DNA of 64,000 bases, from positions 2,572 to 66,571 of the forward strand of contig CAUWJP010000002.1 in the NCBI GenBank assembly GCA_963559135.1. The letters are read 5' to 3'. Source of the stretch: an uncultured Sellimonas sp. Its GTDB lineage: Bacteria > Bacillota > Clostridia > Lachnospirales > Lachnospiraceae. Positions 46,555 through 56,412 of this stretch are shown piece after piece. Position 1 is the first letter of the stretch; each line of letters starts with the position of its first letter. Made by a program: the position numbers and the translations under genes. The notes beneath the pieces are model-generated. The model was not told the DNA's origin. It was given only the letters and a program-made list of their open reading frames with translations, and did no database searches.

Positions 46555-48015
46555 TTATTCCTCCTTCAGTACGTTGAGCCTCTCGATCTTTTCATCCTCC
46601 GGCCCGGTCATGGAGCATCCTTTTTCCTTGGCATATACAATATAGTCAATAATCTCGTCTGTGATCTCTTCTCCCGGCGCAAGAATCGGAATTCCCGGCG
46701 GGTAGCACATCACAAACTCACTGCAAATTCGTCCTCTCGTCTTCTCAAGTTGCAGGGATTCTTTCCCCGCATAGAAGGATTCCTGCGGTGTCATCACAAC
46801 TTTCGGCGGAATATATTCCTGAGAAAGCATGCCTGTCTTATCTTTCTGGTACCGTCTCTTGATGTCCGCAAGTGCACTGACAAGCCGTTCCACTTCCTGC
46901 TTTCTGTCCCCGATAGAAAGGTAGGCCAGAATATTTCCAAGGTCCCCGAACTCAATCTGGATATCGTATTCATCCCGTAGAATATCGTATACCTCAATCC
47001 CCGCAAGGCCGATGTCCAGCGTATGTACCGAAAGTTTCGTCGTATCGAAATCAAACACGCTGCTTGCGTTTTTCATTTCTCCGGCAAACGCATAGTATCC
47101 TCCGACCTGATTGATCTCTTTTCTCGCATACTCGGCAAGCTCCGACACCTTTGCAAATGCTTCTTTTCCTCGAAGTGCCAAATTCCTTCTGGAAATATCG
47201 AGGCTTGAAAGAAGCAGGTAGGATGCACTGGTCGTCTGGGTCAGATTGATGATCTGACGCACATATCCTGCATTGACATTCGGTCCTGTCAGGAGAAAAG
47301 AGCTCTGTGTCAAGCTCCCACCGGATTTATGCATGCTGACCGACGCCATATCCGCACCTGCCTCCATGGCAGAAACCGGAAGCCCCTCCCCAAAATAAAA
47401 ATGGGTTCCGTGAGCTTCGTCGGCAAGTACGAGCATGTTGTACTCGTGAGCCAGCTTTACGATCGTGCGCAGATCCGAACAGATACCATAGTAGGTCGGA
47501 TTGTTCACAAACACTGCCACCGCGTCCGGATTCTCCCGGATTACCTTTTCTACCTGGGACACCTTCATCCCTAGAGAAATTCCGAGGTGATGATCCACAT
47601 CCGGATTGACATACACCGGCTTTGCCCCGCAGAGTACCAGCGCATTGATGACGCTTCGGTGGACATTTCTGGGCAAAATAATCTTGTCGCCCTTTTTACA
47701 GCAGGACAGTACCATACTCTGCACTGCTGATGTCGTTCCTCCGACCATCAGAAAGGCATGGGCCGCACCAAAGGCATCTGCCGCCAGCTCCTCTGCCTCC
47801 TTGATGACAGAAACCGGATGGCAAAGATTGTCAAGCGGCTTCATCGAATTGACGTCAATGCCGACGCACTTGCTTCCCAAAAGCTCCACCAGCTCTGGAT
47901 TCCCCCGTCCGTGTTTGTGGCCCGGAACGTCAAACGGCACAATTCTCATTTTTCGGAACTGTTCCAGCGCCTCGTAGATCGGCGCTCTCTTCTGTGATAA
48001 CATTTCCATTTCCAC
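46555..48015 (-). CDS. speA: Orn/Lys/Arg decarboxylase-family enzyme (probable arginine decarboxylase)
   Basis: PLP fold-I major domain with PGHK and SMHKSGGSL (PLP Lys). The B. subtilis SpeA type and the operon context suggest arginine as substrate. Confidence 0.8.
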   Translation of the reverse strand: MEMEMLSQKRAPIYEALEQFRKMRIVPFDVPGHKHGRGNPELVELLGSKCVGIDVNSMKPLDNLCHPVSVIKEAEELAADAFGAAHAFLMVGGTTSAVQSMVLSCCKKGDKIILPRNVHRSVINALVLCGAKPVYVNPDVDHHLGISLGMKVSQVEKVIRENPDAVAVFVNNPTYYGICSDLRTIVKLAHEYNMLVLADEAHGTHFYFGEGLPVSAMEAGADMASVSMHKSGGSLTQSSFLLTGPNVNAGYVRQIINLTQTTSASYLLLSSLDISRRNLALRGKEAFAKVSELAEYARKEINQVGGYYAFAGEMKNASSVFDFDTTKLSVHTLDIGLAGIEVYDILRDEYDIQIEFGDLGNILAYLSIGDRKQEVERLVSALADIKRRYQKDKTGMLSQEYIPPKVVMTPQESFYAGKESLQLEKTRGRICSEFVMCYPPGIPILAPGEEITDEIIDYIVYAKEKGCSMTGPEDEKIERLNVLKEE

Positions 48016-48083
48016 TTACTCCCTTACGTATTGATATGCCTGCCCTGATCTGAATCGTAGTCCGTCCTGAAAGGAGTTTTCCG

Positions 48084-48133
48084 CAAAACAAAAAGACACA
48101 GGCAGACGGCATACATACCATTTACTTGTGTCT
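48084..48133 (-). terminator. Intrinsic terminator inside the polyamine-operon leader (candidate attenuator)
   Basis: Minus strand: AAGACACAAG...CCTGTGTCTT followed by TTTGTTTT, about 70 nt upstream of the speA ATG. Confidence 0.55.
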
Positions 48134-48414
48134 TCTTCTATCTCTTCTCCGCGCAACATAAAAACGCGAAGATACATATACAGTTTTTTTCGCATATTCA
48201 GACAGATATTGGCGTAGAGTCTATATAGCAAATATTTTTACTTTTACTACTCTTATTGACCGTTTCACAAGTTATGCATGCGATACGCATACCGGTTATA
48301 AAGTAACCAACTTATAAAATTTGAGCTTCTAACTCAATCAATAATGCAGCCCGTGGCCGCTAAGAAAATATTTGCATGGATCACTTTACGAATATCTGCT
48401 TTCCATACTCGCTC

Positions 48415-48443
48415 ATTTTAACACGCAGATTCTGAATATACAA
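48415..48443 (-). promoter_or_regulatory. Candidate promoter of the polyamine leader
   Basis: Minus strand: TTGTAT, a 17 nt spacer, then an extended -10, TGTTAAAAT. Confidence 0.35.
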
Positions 48444-48471
48444 TAGCTTTCTATATATTTTTTTAGATTAC

Positions 48472-48894
48472 TTATAAAATGTCACTGTTCTGTCTCATAT
48501 TTTTGTATTCGGCTACGGAACGATCGAATCCTTTGATATGACGGAACAGCCAGTCTGTCACTGTCTCATTAAGTGCTTTGACAAATGCGTCTGTCGGACC
48601 TTCCTCTTCTTCCAGCATCTCATGCAGATCTTCTACCGCATGCTTGAATTCTTCGTGTTTTGCCTTGTGCTCTGCCAGGCCCGGATAAGCGATCTCTTCC
48701 TGCAGCTTTTCTTCTTCCGCAAAATGGAAGTCTGTGTAGTCAGCAAGATAATTCAGAAGTTTTACTGCTGTTTCCTTGTCTCTGTGTGTTTCACAGGCTT
48801 CTTCCAGGTCAGCGATCTTTCCGATCAGCTCCTTGTGCTGAACGTCAATCATCTCATTTCCGGTTACAAGAGTTTCATCAAATACTGCATACAT
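48472..48894 (-). CDS. Bacteriohemerythrin
   Basis: IDVQHKELI, DFHFAEEE and HKAKHEEF His/Glu iron ligand motifs. The start is at ATG 48894 after GGAGAAGGAGG. Confidence 0.85.
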   Translation of the reverse strand: MYAVFDETLVTGNEMIDVQHKELIGKIADLEEACETHRDKETAVKLLNYLADYTDFHFAEEEKLQEEIAYPGLAEHKAKHEEFKHAVEDLHEMLEEEEGPTDAFVKALNETVTDWLFRHIKGFDRSVAEYKNMRQNSDIL

Positions 48895-48922
48895 CTTTTT
48901 TTCCTCCTTCTCCCTGCAAGGC

Positions 48923-49372
48923 CTATTCTGCCTCTCTTTTTTCAATATCCATAATCATGTCGACCCTTCTTGCATGCCGTCCGCCTTCAAACTCGGCATT
49001 TAAGAATTCGTCAATGATCATTTTAGCAAGTTCGATTCCAATTACTCTGGCGCCAAATGCCAAGATATTCGCGTTATTGTGCTGTCTTGCAAGTCTTGCG
49101 GTGTAAGGCTCGCTGCATACAGCAGCACGGATACCGTGTACTTTGTTGGCAGCAAGAGAAATACCAAGTCCTGTTCCACAGATTGCAATCCCAAATTCCA
49201 CTTCCCCGGATGCTACCGCATGTCCGATTTTTTCTCCATAAACCGGGTAATCGCAGCTTTCATGGGAATCTGTACCATAATTTACAACTTCATACCCTTT
49301 CTCTTCTAAATATGCTACAACCTCCTGCTTCATCTCTACGGAGGAGTGATCATTTGCAATTCCTATCTTCAT
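48923..49372 (-). CDS. rpiB: Ribose-5-phosphate isomerase B (RpiB/LacAB family)
   Basis: MKIGIANDHS, ICGTGLGISLAANK and RQHNNANILAFGARV. Confidence 0.9.
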   Translation of the reverse strand: MKIGIANDHSSVEMKQEVVAYLEEKGYEVVNYGTDSHESCDYPVYGEKIGHAVASGEVEFGIAICGTGLGISLAANKVHGIRAAVCSEPYTARLARQHNNANILAFGARVIGIELAKMIIDEFLNAEFEGGRHARRVDMIMDIEKREAE

Positions 49373-49501
49373 AACTGTTCCTTTCTGTTCTGATAATCTA
49401 TTTTCATGATTCTGGTTTTATTATACTTGTTTTGTATTTTTTTGACAACGGTACAAACTCATCTTTTCTTTCCTAAATTCGAAACGCAAAGATTTCACAT
49501 A

Positions 49502-49545
49502 GAAAACCGGAGCTACATGCCTTTTTCCTCGCATACAGCTCCGGT
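49502..49545 (-). terminator. Intrinsic terminator after pepV
   Basis: Minus strand: ACCGGAGCT...AGCTCCGGT followed by TTTTCT. Confidence 0.6.
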
Positions 49546-49556
49546 CTCGAATAATA

Positions 49557-50951
49557 TTATTGTGCCAGTCTGTAGATTGCCTCGAGATAGATTTTCATCC
49601 ACAGATCCAGTTTGTCCAGCTCCAGATATTCATTTTTCTGATGCATCAGATCTGGCTGTCCAGGAAGAATGGCTCCAAATGCCACACAATTTTCCAGTGC
49701 CCTCGCGTAGGAACATGCACCATCTACCTGTGGTTCGGCGTCGTGATCCTTTGTGACTTCCCGGTAAACATCCATCAGTGTGGTTACAAGAAAACTGTCC
49801 TTTGGCACATAGATCGCTTCTGTAATCTGAGGATTTTCAAACCGGAACCGGCTTCCTTCCAGATTCTTTTCCAGCAGATCCTGTACTTCTTTACACTTGT
49901 ATGTAACCGGAACCCGGTTATCAATGGACAGGATCAGTTTTCCGTCAAGAACTTCCGCCTTCCCCACATTAAAGCTGAGAGTCCCTGAGATCTCATCAGA
50001 AAGATCGATTCCCAGACCTTTTCCCTGAAGGTCAAATCCGATATACTTCATGTACCACCGGGCGATCTCGAGTAATTCTCCTTCCAGTCCCAGATCCACA
50101 ATCATATACATCAGGCCGCTGACCGCATTAATCCCTTTTGCCGGGCTGGCCGCATGGGCTGCAAATCCCCGAACAGACAACCGCACACCATTCTCTTCTG
50201 TCTGACAGCTGATTTTACAACGGGTCGCTTCTTCCCACTTTGTCATCCTCTCACGCACTGTTTCTTCCGAGCCGGCAGGAAGTAAAGCTGACGCAGATTC
50301 CGCTACCGAATTGTATGCGTTTCCTCCGGAAATCTCAATCTTTTCCTTCAGGTCTGCCACAAGTTGGTACTGGAACACCCCTTTTTCTGCATGATTCAAC
50401 GGGAATTCCGCATCCGGTGTAAATGAAATCTGAGGCGGAGTGATTTTCTTTTCCCCAAAGTAATAATCCATGCACTTCCAGTCCGTCTCTTCATTCGCTC
50501 CTACAATCAGACGGATCTTTTTTCTCAAAGGAATCCCCATTTCCTTCAAAATTTTGACTGCATGAAGACATACCAGCATTGGACCTTTATTATCCAGCAC
50601 ACCTCTTCCATAAATCTTCCCGTCCTTGATCTGAGGCTGAAATGGATCGCAGATCCACCCTTCCCCACATGGAACGACGTCCACATGCCCCAGAATTCCA
50701 ACAACTTCTTTTCCCTCACCATAGTCTGCATGTCCGGCATAATTATCGAAGTTCTCCGTCCGAAGCCCTGCCTCCTCTGCCAGATCCAGAAAGCATTGAA
50801 GCGCCTTTGCCGGTCCTTCTCCGAACGGCATTCCCTCTTTTGGTTCCCCTTCCACGCTGTCTATGGAAACCAGTTCCATAATATCTCTGATCAGACTTTC
50901 TCTATCCTCTCTGATCTTTTTCTCAAAATCCATCTTTTCCTCCATGCCCAT
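49557..50951 (-). CDS. pepV: M20-family dipeptidase (PepV/Sapep type)
   Basis: GHVDVVP, GRGVLDNKGP, GANEETDW and the C-terminal HQKNEY motif. Confidence 0.85.
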   Translation of the reverse strand: MGMEEKMDFEKKIREDRESLIRDIMELVSIDSVEGEPKEGMPFGEGPAKALQCFLDLAEEAGLRTENFDNYAGHADYGEGKEVVGILGHVDVVPCGEGWICDPFQPQIKDGKIYGRGVLDNKGPMLVCLHAVKILKEMGIPLRKKIRLIVGANEETDWKCMDYYFGEKKITPPQISFTPDAEFPLNHAEKGVFQYQLVADLKEKIEISGGNAYNSVAESASALLPAGSEETVRERMTKWEEATRCKISCQTEENGVRLSVRGFAAHAASPAKGINAVSGLMYMIVDLGLEGELLEIARWYMKYIGFDLQGKGLGIDLSDEISGTLSFNVGKAEVLDGKLILSIDNRVPVTYKCKEVQDLLEKNLEGSRFRFENPQITEAIYVPKDSFLVTTLMDVYREVTKDHDAEPQVDGACSYARALENCVAFGAILPGQPDLMHQKNEYLELDKLDLWMKIYLEAIYRLAQ

Positions 50952-50990
50952 TTTCCGAGCCGATGCATAGTATTTCTGTTATGTCGGCAT

Positions 50991-52496
50991 CTAAATATAC
51001 AGCTGAATGACAAGTATTACTGCGCTGAATCCTGCCATGATTCCCATCAACGGCATAATGAATTTCAGCCATTTATCATAAGTTACATCCACCATTGCAA
51101 GAGATGCCAGAATCAATCCTGCCGGCGTGATAAAGGAAATCAGCCCAAGTCCATATGCATAAGCGGAAACGATCGCTGCTCTGGATACACCTACCGTATC
51201 GGCAAGCGGTGCCATGATCGGCACGGAAAGTACTGCCAATCCTGAAGAAGAAGAAATAAAAAATCCAAGTACAATAAATACCAGCATCATCAGGATGATA
51301 AACAGAACTGGATTCATTCCGCTGATTGCTCCAGAGAAGAATGCCAGAATCGTATCGGATACCATTCCGTTTTCCAGGATGATATTGATTCCACGGGCAA
51401 CACCGACAACGAGAGCGACACTCATCAGATCAGCCGCACCACCGATGAATTGATCCATGAAATTCTTCTCTCCGATTCCGGAAGTAAAGGCCAGAATAAT
51501 CGCACACGCCAGGAAGAGTGCGGTCATATTATCAAACCACCACTGTTTTGCAACCAGTCCCCAGACAAGAACACCAAAAGTAATTCCGAAAACGCCCAAA
51601 GAAAGCTTCATACGTCCTGTAAATTCCGGCACCTCTCCCTGATGCCCAAACTTTTTCATATGGTACTCATACTGGTCATAGCAGATCGATTTTGTCGGGT
51701 CTGCTTTTACCTTTTTCGCGTAACGCAGAATATAGACCAGTGTGATAATTATACCGATTACCAGTGCCGCAAAACGGATTCCCATCCCGTCTGCCAGACT
51801 GATTCCTGCCGCATTGGAGGCATTTCCAACCGAGAACGGGTTGATCGTCGGGAACATGGTTCCGATCGATGATCCCATATATATCGCGGCGATGCATACG
51901 ATAACATCATATCCCGCCGCCAAAAAGACGGGCACCAGAATCGGATACAGCGCGATGGTCTCCTCCGCAAGCCCGAAGGTCGTTCCGCCTGCGGCAATAA
52001 TGATCGTAATCAAAACAATCAGAAGGTATTCTTTTCCTTTTGTAATCTTTGAAAGTACTGCAATCGCAGAATTAAAGGCTCCCATATAATTCAGGACACC
52101 AATACATCCTCCAAGTACAAAGATGAAAAGAATAATATCAATAGAATCATACACTCCGCTGATCGGCGCCAGCAGAATATCAAAAATTCCCTGTGGATTC
52201 TGTTCTACTTTTTCATAAGTTCCAGGAATCGCAACCGGCTTGCTGATCGTCCCATCCAGAAACTTATCCAGATTTCCGGTTACTCCCAGTTCATCCAATG
52301 TCTCCTGTGTCGGTTCCATCTCTGTGATCTCACCGGACGAATCGGTAATCTCAAACATTTCCGTCTGTGCATTATAAGCCAGCTTGGAGTACAGGCCGGC
52401 CGGCACTACTGCCGTCAGAATGGCCGCGAAAATCAGAACGATAAATAACACAGTCAATGCTGACGGGAAAGATATTTTTTTCTTTTTATTTTCCAT
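50991..52496 (-). CDS. YfcC-family (DcuC-like fold) membrane transporter
   Basis: 501 aa with about 12 TM helices and the family-typical N-terminus KKKISFPSALTVLFIVLI. Confidence 0.75.
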   Translation of the reverse strand: MENKKKKISFPSALTVLFIVLIFAAILTAVVPAGLYSKLAYNAQTEMFEITDSSGEITEMEPTQETLDELGVTGNLDKFLDGTISKPVAIPGTYEKVEQNPQGIFDILLAPISGVYDSIDIILFIFVLGGCIGVLNYMGAFNSAIAVLSKITKGKEYLLIVLITIIIAAGGTTFGLAEETIALYPILVPVFLAAGYDVIVCIAAIYMGSSIGTMFPTINPFSVGNASNAAGISLADGMGIRFAALVIGIIITLVYILRYAKKVKADPTKSICYDQYEYHMKKFGHQGEVPEFTGRMKLSLGVFGITFGVLVWGLVAKQWWFDNMTALFLACAIILAFTSGIGEKNFMDQFIGGAADLMSVALVVGVARGINIILENGMVSDTILAFFSGAISGMNPVLFIILMMLVFIVLGFFISSSSGLAVLSVPIMAPLADTVGVSRAAIVSAYAYGLGLISFITPAGLILASLAMVDVTYDKWLKFIMPLMGIMAGFSAVILVIQLYI

Positions 52497-52508
52497 ATCT
52501 ATTATCCT

Positions 52509-53729
52509 TTACTCATTTGCAAATATTTTTACAAGTTCTACGATAATCTGTACTGCTTTTTCCATGCCTTCTACAGATACATGCTCCAGCGGTCCATGAT
52601 ATCCATGTCCGCCTGTTCCAAGATTCGGACAAGGAAGCCCTTTGAAAGAAAGCTTACATCCATCTGTACCTCCCCGAATCGGACAGATTACAGGCACAGT
52701 TTCTGCCATTTCACATGCTTTCTTCGCATTTTCAATCAGATAAAAATGATCTTTTACGATACATTCCATGTTTTTGTATTCATCTTTCAGTTCAAGGGTA
52801 ACTGTCCCTTCACCCCATATTTCATTCATAGATTTTTCGATGTGTCGAAGCGTTTCCTTTCTTGCGCGGAAGCTTGTCTCATCGTGATCCCGGACAATAT
52901 ACTCCATCACCGCATGGCTTTCATCCCCGTGGATACTCAGAAGATGATAAAAGCCTTCATAGCCTTCTGTATATCTTGGCGTCTCATATTTTGGAAGCAT
53001 CTGATTGATTTCTGCCGCCAGAAGCACTGCATTGATCATCACGTTTTTAGCTGATCCCGGATGGACACTTTTTCCTTCTACCGTAAACTTCGCTTCGCAG
53101 GCGTTGAAATTCTGATACTGGATTTCCCCTTCTCCATCTCCGTCCAGAGTATAAGCTACTTCGGCATCAAAGGCGTCAAAATCAAAGTATGCTGCCCCTG
53201 CTCCACACTCCTCATCCGGAGTAAAGGCCACACTGATCTGTCCATGCGGAATTTCCTCCTCGATGATAATCCGAAGCATCTCCATGATCTCAGCAATTCC
53301 GGCCTTGTCATCCACTCCAAGAATGGTACGTCCGTCTGAAGTGATCAAGGTTCTTCCTTTCCACTCTTTCAGGTGAGGAAAATCCTCGGTACTGATCACC
53401 CGTCCGCATTCTTTCAGCTTTACGTCTTTCCCATCGTAATTCTCTATACGGACCGGGGTAATCTCTCCTTCACAAAATTCGGATACAGTATCCATATGGG
53501 CAATAAATCCGATCTTTTTTCGATTTTCATATCCGCCAGTCGCCTTTAATGTCCCGTATACAAAGCAGTGATCATCTACTTTTGCATCTGCAATTCCTAA
53601 CTCTTTCAGTTCCTCAACAAGAATCTTTGCAAGTTCAAACTGACATTTAGTTGTTGGTACACAGTCAGCATTCTCATCGCACGGTGTCTTGACTGCAATG
53701 TACCGCATAAGCCTCTCTTCTACCTGCAT
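52509..53729 (-). CDS. pepT: Peptidase T (tripeptide aminopeptidase, M20B)
   Basis: RLMRYIAVKTPCDE, IAHMDTV, LGVDDKAGIAEI, FTPDEE and IRGGTDG. The start is at ATG 53729 after GGAGAAAAAAG. Confidence 0.9.
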   Translation of the reverse strand: MQVEERLMRYIAVKTPCDENADCVPTTKCQFELAKILVEELKELGIADAKVDDHCFVYGTLKATGGYENRKKIGFIAHMDTVSEFCEGEITPVRIENYDGKDVKLKECGRVISTEDFPHLKEWKGRTLITSDGRTILGVDDKAGIAEIMEMLRIIIEEEIPHGQISVAFTPDEECGAGAAYFDFDAFDAEVAYTLDGDGEGEIQYQNFNACEAKFTVEGKSVHPGSAKNVMINAVLLAAEINQMLPKYETPRYTEGYEGFYHLLSIHGDESHAVMEYIVRDHDETSFRARKETLRHIEKSMNEIWGEGTVTLELKDEYKNMECIVKDHFYLIENAKKACEMAETVPVICPIRGGTDGCKLSFKGLPCPNLGTGGHGYHGPLEHVSVEGMEKAVQIIVELVKIFANE

Positions 53730-53804
53730 CTTTTTTCTCCTTCCATTTTGATTTAATATCATTTTATAAACCTTTTCTGCTTCCCGCAAATCCACTCTGT
53801 TTTC

Positions 53805-53834
53805 TTGACACGAAAATTTTAGTCATGATATTAT
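53805..53834 (+). promoter_or_regulatory. Candidate sigma-A promoter of the XRE-regulator operon
   Basis: TTGACA, an 18 nt spacer, then TATTAT. Confidence 0.45.
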
Positions 53835-53937
53835 AGGTTGAGTAGAAAAAGCACAAATAATTACCCTGATTTTCTTTCACCCGATGTTCTTTGTGCATTT
53901 TTCATAAAATAATGGGTTTTTATGAAAGGTTTTTGCT

Positions 53938-54639
53938 ATGGATGTCAATAAAATTATCGGTGAGAATATAAAAAAATACCGTACAGCCTATAATATGACC
54001 TTAAAAGATCTGTCAGAAAAGCTACATAAAAGCATTTCCACAGTTTCTAAATATGAAAAAGGGAAAATTTCTCTTGATATGACAACTTTTCTTGAGGCTG
54101 CAAAAGTATTTCATATTTCACCTTCCGCTCTTCTTTGCGGGATATCGGAACAGTCTGTCGAGCATCCGGAACATAAGGACGAAGCAGAACAACTGTACAT
54201 GTATACTTACAGCAGTCCAAAAAAAGAGATCATACGAAGTCTCATTGAACAATATCCCCCGGTTTCCCCGGGTGGACCTTTCCGTGTTCATCTGTTTAAT
54301 GATATTCAGGAATGGGGAAATCCTGGTCGCTGCAACGGATTTTATACCGGAGCTTATACTGAAAACGGATTCCTTGGAACTTATCTTCTCAAAAACCAGC
54401 ATTCCTCATCCGAGCAAGTCATGATCTCCTGTGTGAAAAATCTGGTAAATGTAAACCAGCAGCTTGGCCTGATTTCCGGTCTTTCCAATTACACAATGCT
54501 TCCGATCGTTTTCAAGACCGTACTGTCCCGGATCGAAATCACAGACCGGAAACATCTGCTGGATCTTCTATTATTTTCCAAAGAAGATTTCCGAACACTC
54601 AAACAGGCACATTGCCTTACCATCCAGAATCTCAGATAA
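53938..54639 (+). CDS. XRE-family HTH regulator with an uncharacterised C-terminal domain
   Basis: IGENIKKYRTAYNMTLKDLSEKLHKSISTVSKYEKG is a classic HTH_3. Confidence 0.8.
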   Translation: MDVNKIIGENIKKYRTAYNMTLKDLSEKLHKSISTVSKYEKGKISLDMTTFLEAAKVFHISPSALLCGISEQSVEHPEHKDEAEQLYMYTYSSPKKEIIRSLIEQYPPVSPGGPFRVHLFNDIQEWGNPGRCNGFYTGAYTENGFLGTYLLKNQHSSSEQVMISCVKNLVNVNQQLGLISGLSNYTMLPIVFKTVLSRIEITDRKHLLDLLLFSKEDFRTLKQAHCLTIQNLR

Positions 54640-54652
54640 GGAGGAAATTTTC

Positions 54653-55423
54653 ATGATAAAATTGATCGCCAGCGACCTTGACGGTACGCTTCTGAAAAAC
54701 GGGGCACAGATGTTGTCCCCGGAAATATTTGAACTAATTCCCGCGCTGAAAGAAAAAGGAATTCATTTTGTAGCTGCAAGCGGACGTCAGTATGCAAATA
54801 TCCGCAGACTGTTTGCGCCACTTCAGGATGAGATTTCCTACATTGCCGAAAATGGTTCCCTTTGTATGCATGACGGAAAAATGATTGCTTCCGGCCAGAT
54901 TGACCGTGACCTCGCAAATGAGATTATTCTGGAAACCCGGCTCCAACCGGACTGTTCGCTGCTTTATTCCAGCCCGGAGAAGTGTTATGTAGAAAAGGGA
55001 AATGAACGGCTTTATGACCATATTAAAAATCATGTCCGCTATGATGTGGAACTTTCGGATGATCTGACACAGTTGGACGCTCTGTGCCTGAAAGTCGCTG
55101 TCTGCAACTTTGACGGCGCTGATCGTTCGTTTGGACATTTCCGCGAGAAATACCAGGATCGCATCAAGATTGTCACCTCCGGAAATATCTGGTTTGACTT
55201 TATTGCTCCGAATGCAGATAAAGGAACCGGGCTTGCGGCAATCGCGTCCGCTCTTGGCGTCCGGCCTGAGGAATGTATGACATTCGGAGATCAGTATAAT
55301 GATATTGAGATGCTTGCTTTTACCCCGAACAGCTATGCGATGGACACCTGCGCAAAAGGTGTGGAGCGCTATGCCGCACACCAGACTTCCTCGGTAGAAG
55401 ATGTCCTGCGCACCCTTTTGTAA
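54653..55423 (+). CDS. Cof-type HAD-IIB phosphatase
   Basis: IASDLDGTLL, ASGRQY and FGDQYNDIEM motifs. Confidence 0.85.
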   Translation: MIKLIASDLDGTLLKNGAQMLSPEIFELIPALKEKGIHFVAASGRQYANIRRLFAPLQDEISYIAENGSLCMHDGKMIASGQIDRDLANEIILETRLQPDCSLLYSSPEKCYVEKGNERLYDHIKNHVRYDVELSDDLTQLDALCLKVAVCNFDGADRSFGHFREKYQDRIKIVTSGNIWFDFIAPNADKGTGLAAIASALGVRPEECMTFGDQYNDIEMLAFTPNSYAMDTCAKGVERYAAHQTSSVEDVLRTLL

Positions 55424-55467
55424 AAGTCTGTGCTGTACCGGAATTTGCGGAAAGAGAGGAACACATT

Positions 55468-56412
55468 ATGCCAACCGTACCACATTCATCCTCTGAGATG
55501 AATCTGAGCCACCTTTATCAGGACTGTACACTCTGTCCCCGGATGTGCCATGTCGACCGAACCAGACAGACCGGTTTCTGCGGATGTACCGATGCAATCA
55601 CAGCGGCCAGAGCGGCACTCCATTTCTGGGAGGAGCCATGCATCAGCGGGACTGGTGGAAGCGGAACTGTATTTTTCAGCGGATGCACATTAAAATGCTG
55701 CTTCTGCCAGAATTATCAGATCAGCCAGGAAGGAATTGGAAAAACGATTTCCACCGAAGAGCTTGCCAGGATCTTTTTGGACCTTCAGGATCAGGGAGCG
55801 GAGAATATCAGTCTGGTCACTGCGGATCAGTATCTGCCATCTGTTCTTGCTGCATTAAACCAGGTCAAAGACCAGCTCCAGGTTCCTGTCGTCTATAACT
55901 GCAGCGGATATGAGCGCCTTGAAACGCTCCAGTTGCTCTCTGGTTCTGTCCATATTTATCTGCCGGATCTGAAATACTTCGACAGCGGCATAGCGCAAAC
56001 ATATTCCCGTGCAGGAAATTATTTTTCCTATGCATCCAAAGCCATTCCGGAAATGATACGTCAGACAGGCGCCCCTAGATTTAACCAGCAGGGAGTTCTG
56101 GGAAAGGGTGTGATTGTACGGCACATGGTTCTGCCAGGCCAGAGAAACGATTCCATCCGTCTTCTGCACTGGATGGCCGACCATCTGGAAAAGGGCAGTT
56201 TTCTCCTGAGCCTGATGAGCCAGTATACCCCCTTTTACCATGCATCCGATTATCCGGAAATCAACCGGCGGATCACCACATACGAATATGAAAAGGTTCT
56301 GGATGAGGCCGTCCGGCTCGGACTGACCGATGGATATATGCAAGAAAAATCCAGCGCAAAGGAAGAGTACACCCCTGCCTTTGATCTGGAAGGAATAGAA
56401 AGGAGAATCTAA
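55468..56412 (+). CDS. Radical SAM protein (PflX-like activase family)
   Basis: A CTLKCCFCQN CxxxCxxC cluster plus an N-terminal CPRMCHVDR..GFCG cluster. Confidence 0.75.
   Translation: MPTVPHSSSEMNLSHLYQDCTLCPRMCHVDRTRQTGFCGCTDAITAARAALHFWEEPCISGTGGSGTVFFSGCTLKCCFCQNYQISQEGIGKTISTEELARIFLDLQDQGAENISLVTADQYLPSVLAALNQVKDQLQVPVVYNCSGYERLETLQLLSGSVHIYLPDLKYFDSGIAQTYSRAGNYFSYASKAIPEMIRQTGAPRFNQQGVLGKGVIVRHMVLPGQRNDSIRLLHWMADHLEKGSFLLSLMSQYTPFYHASDYPEINRRITTYEYEKVLDEAVRLGLTDGYMQEKSSAKEEYTPAFDLEGIERRI

Noticed and set aside
48016-48231. A 71-codon ORF (or 59 codons from MRKKLY) in the speA leader that spans the terminator and stops at the speA RBS. It was considered as a leader peptide for translation-coupled attenuation.
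   Set aside because: There is no Shine-Dalgarno sequence before either start, one start is a non-ATG, and the composition is unremarkable. It is kept only as a possibility to test by ribosome profiling.
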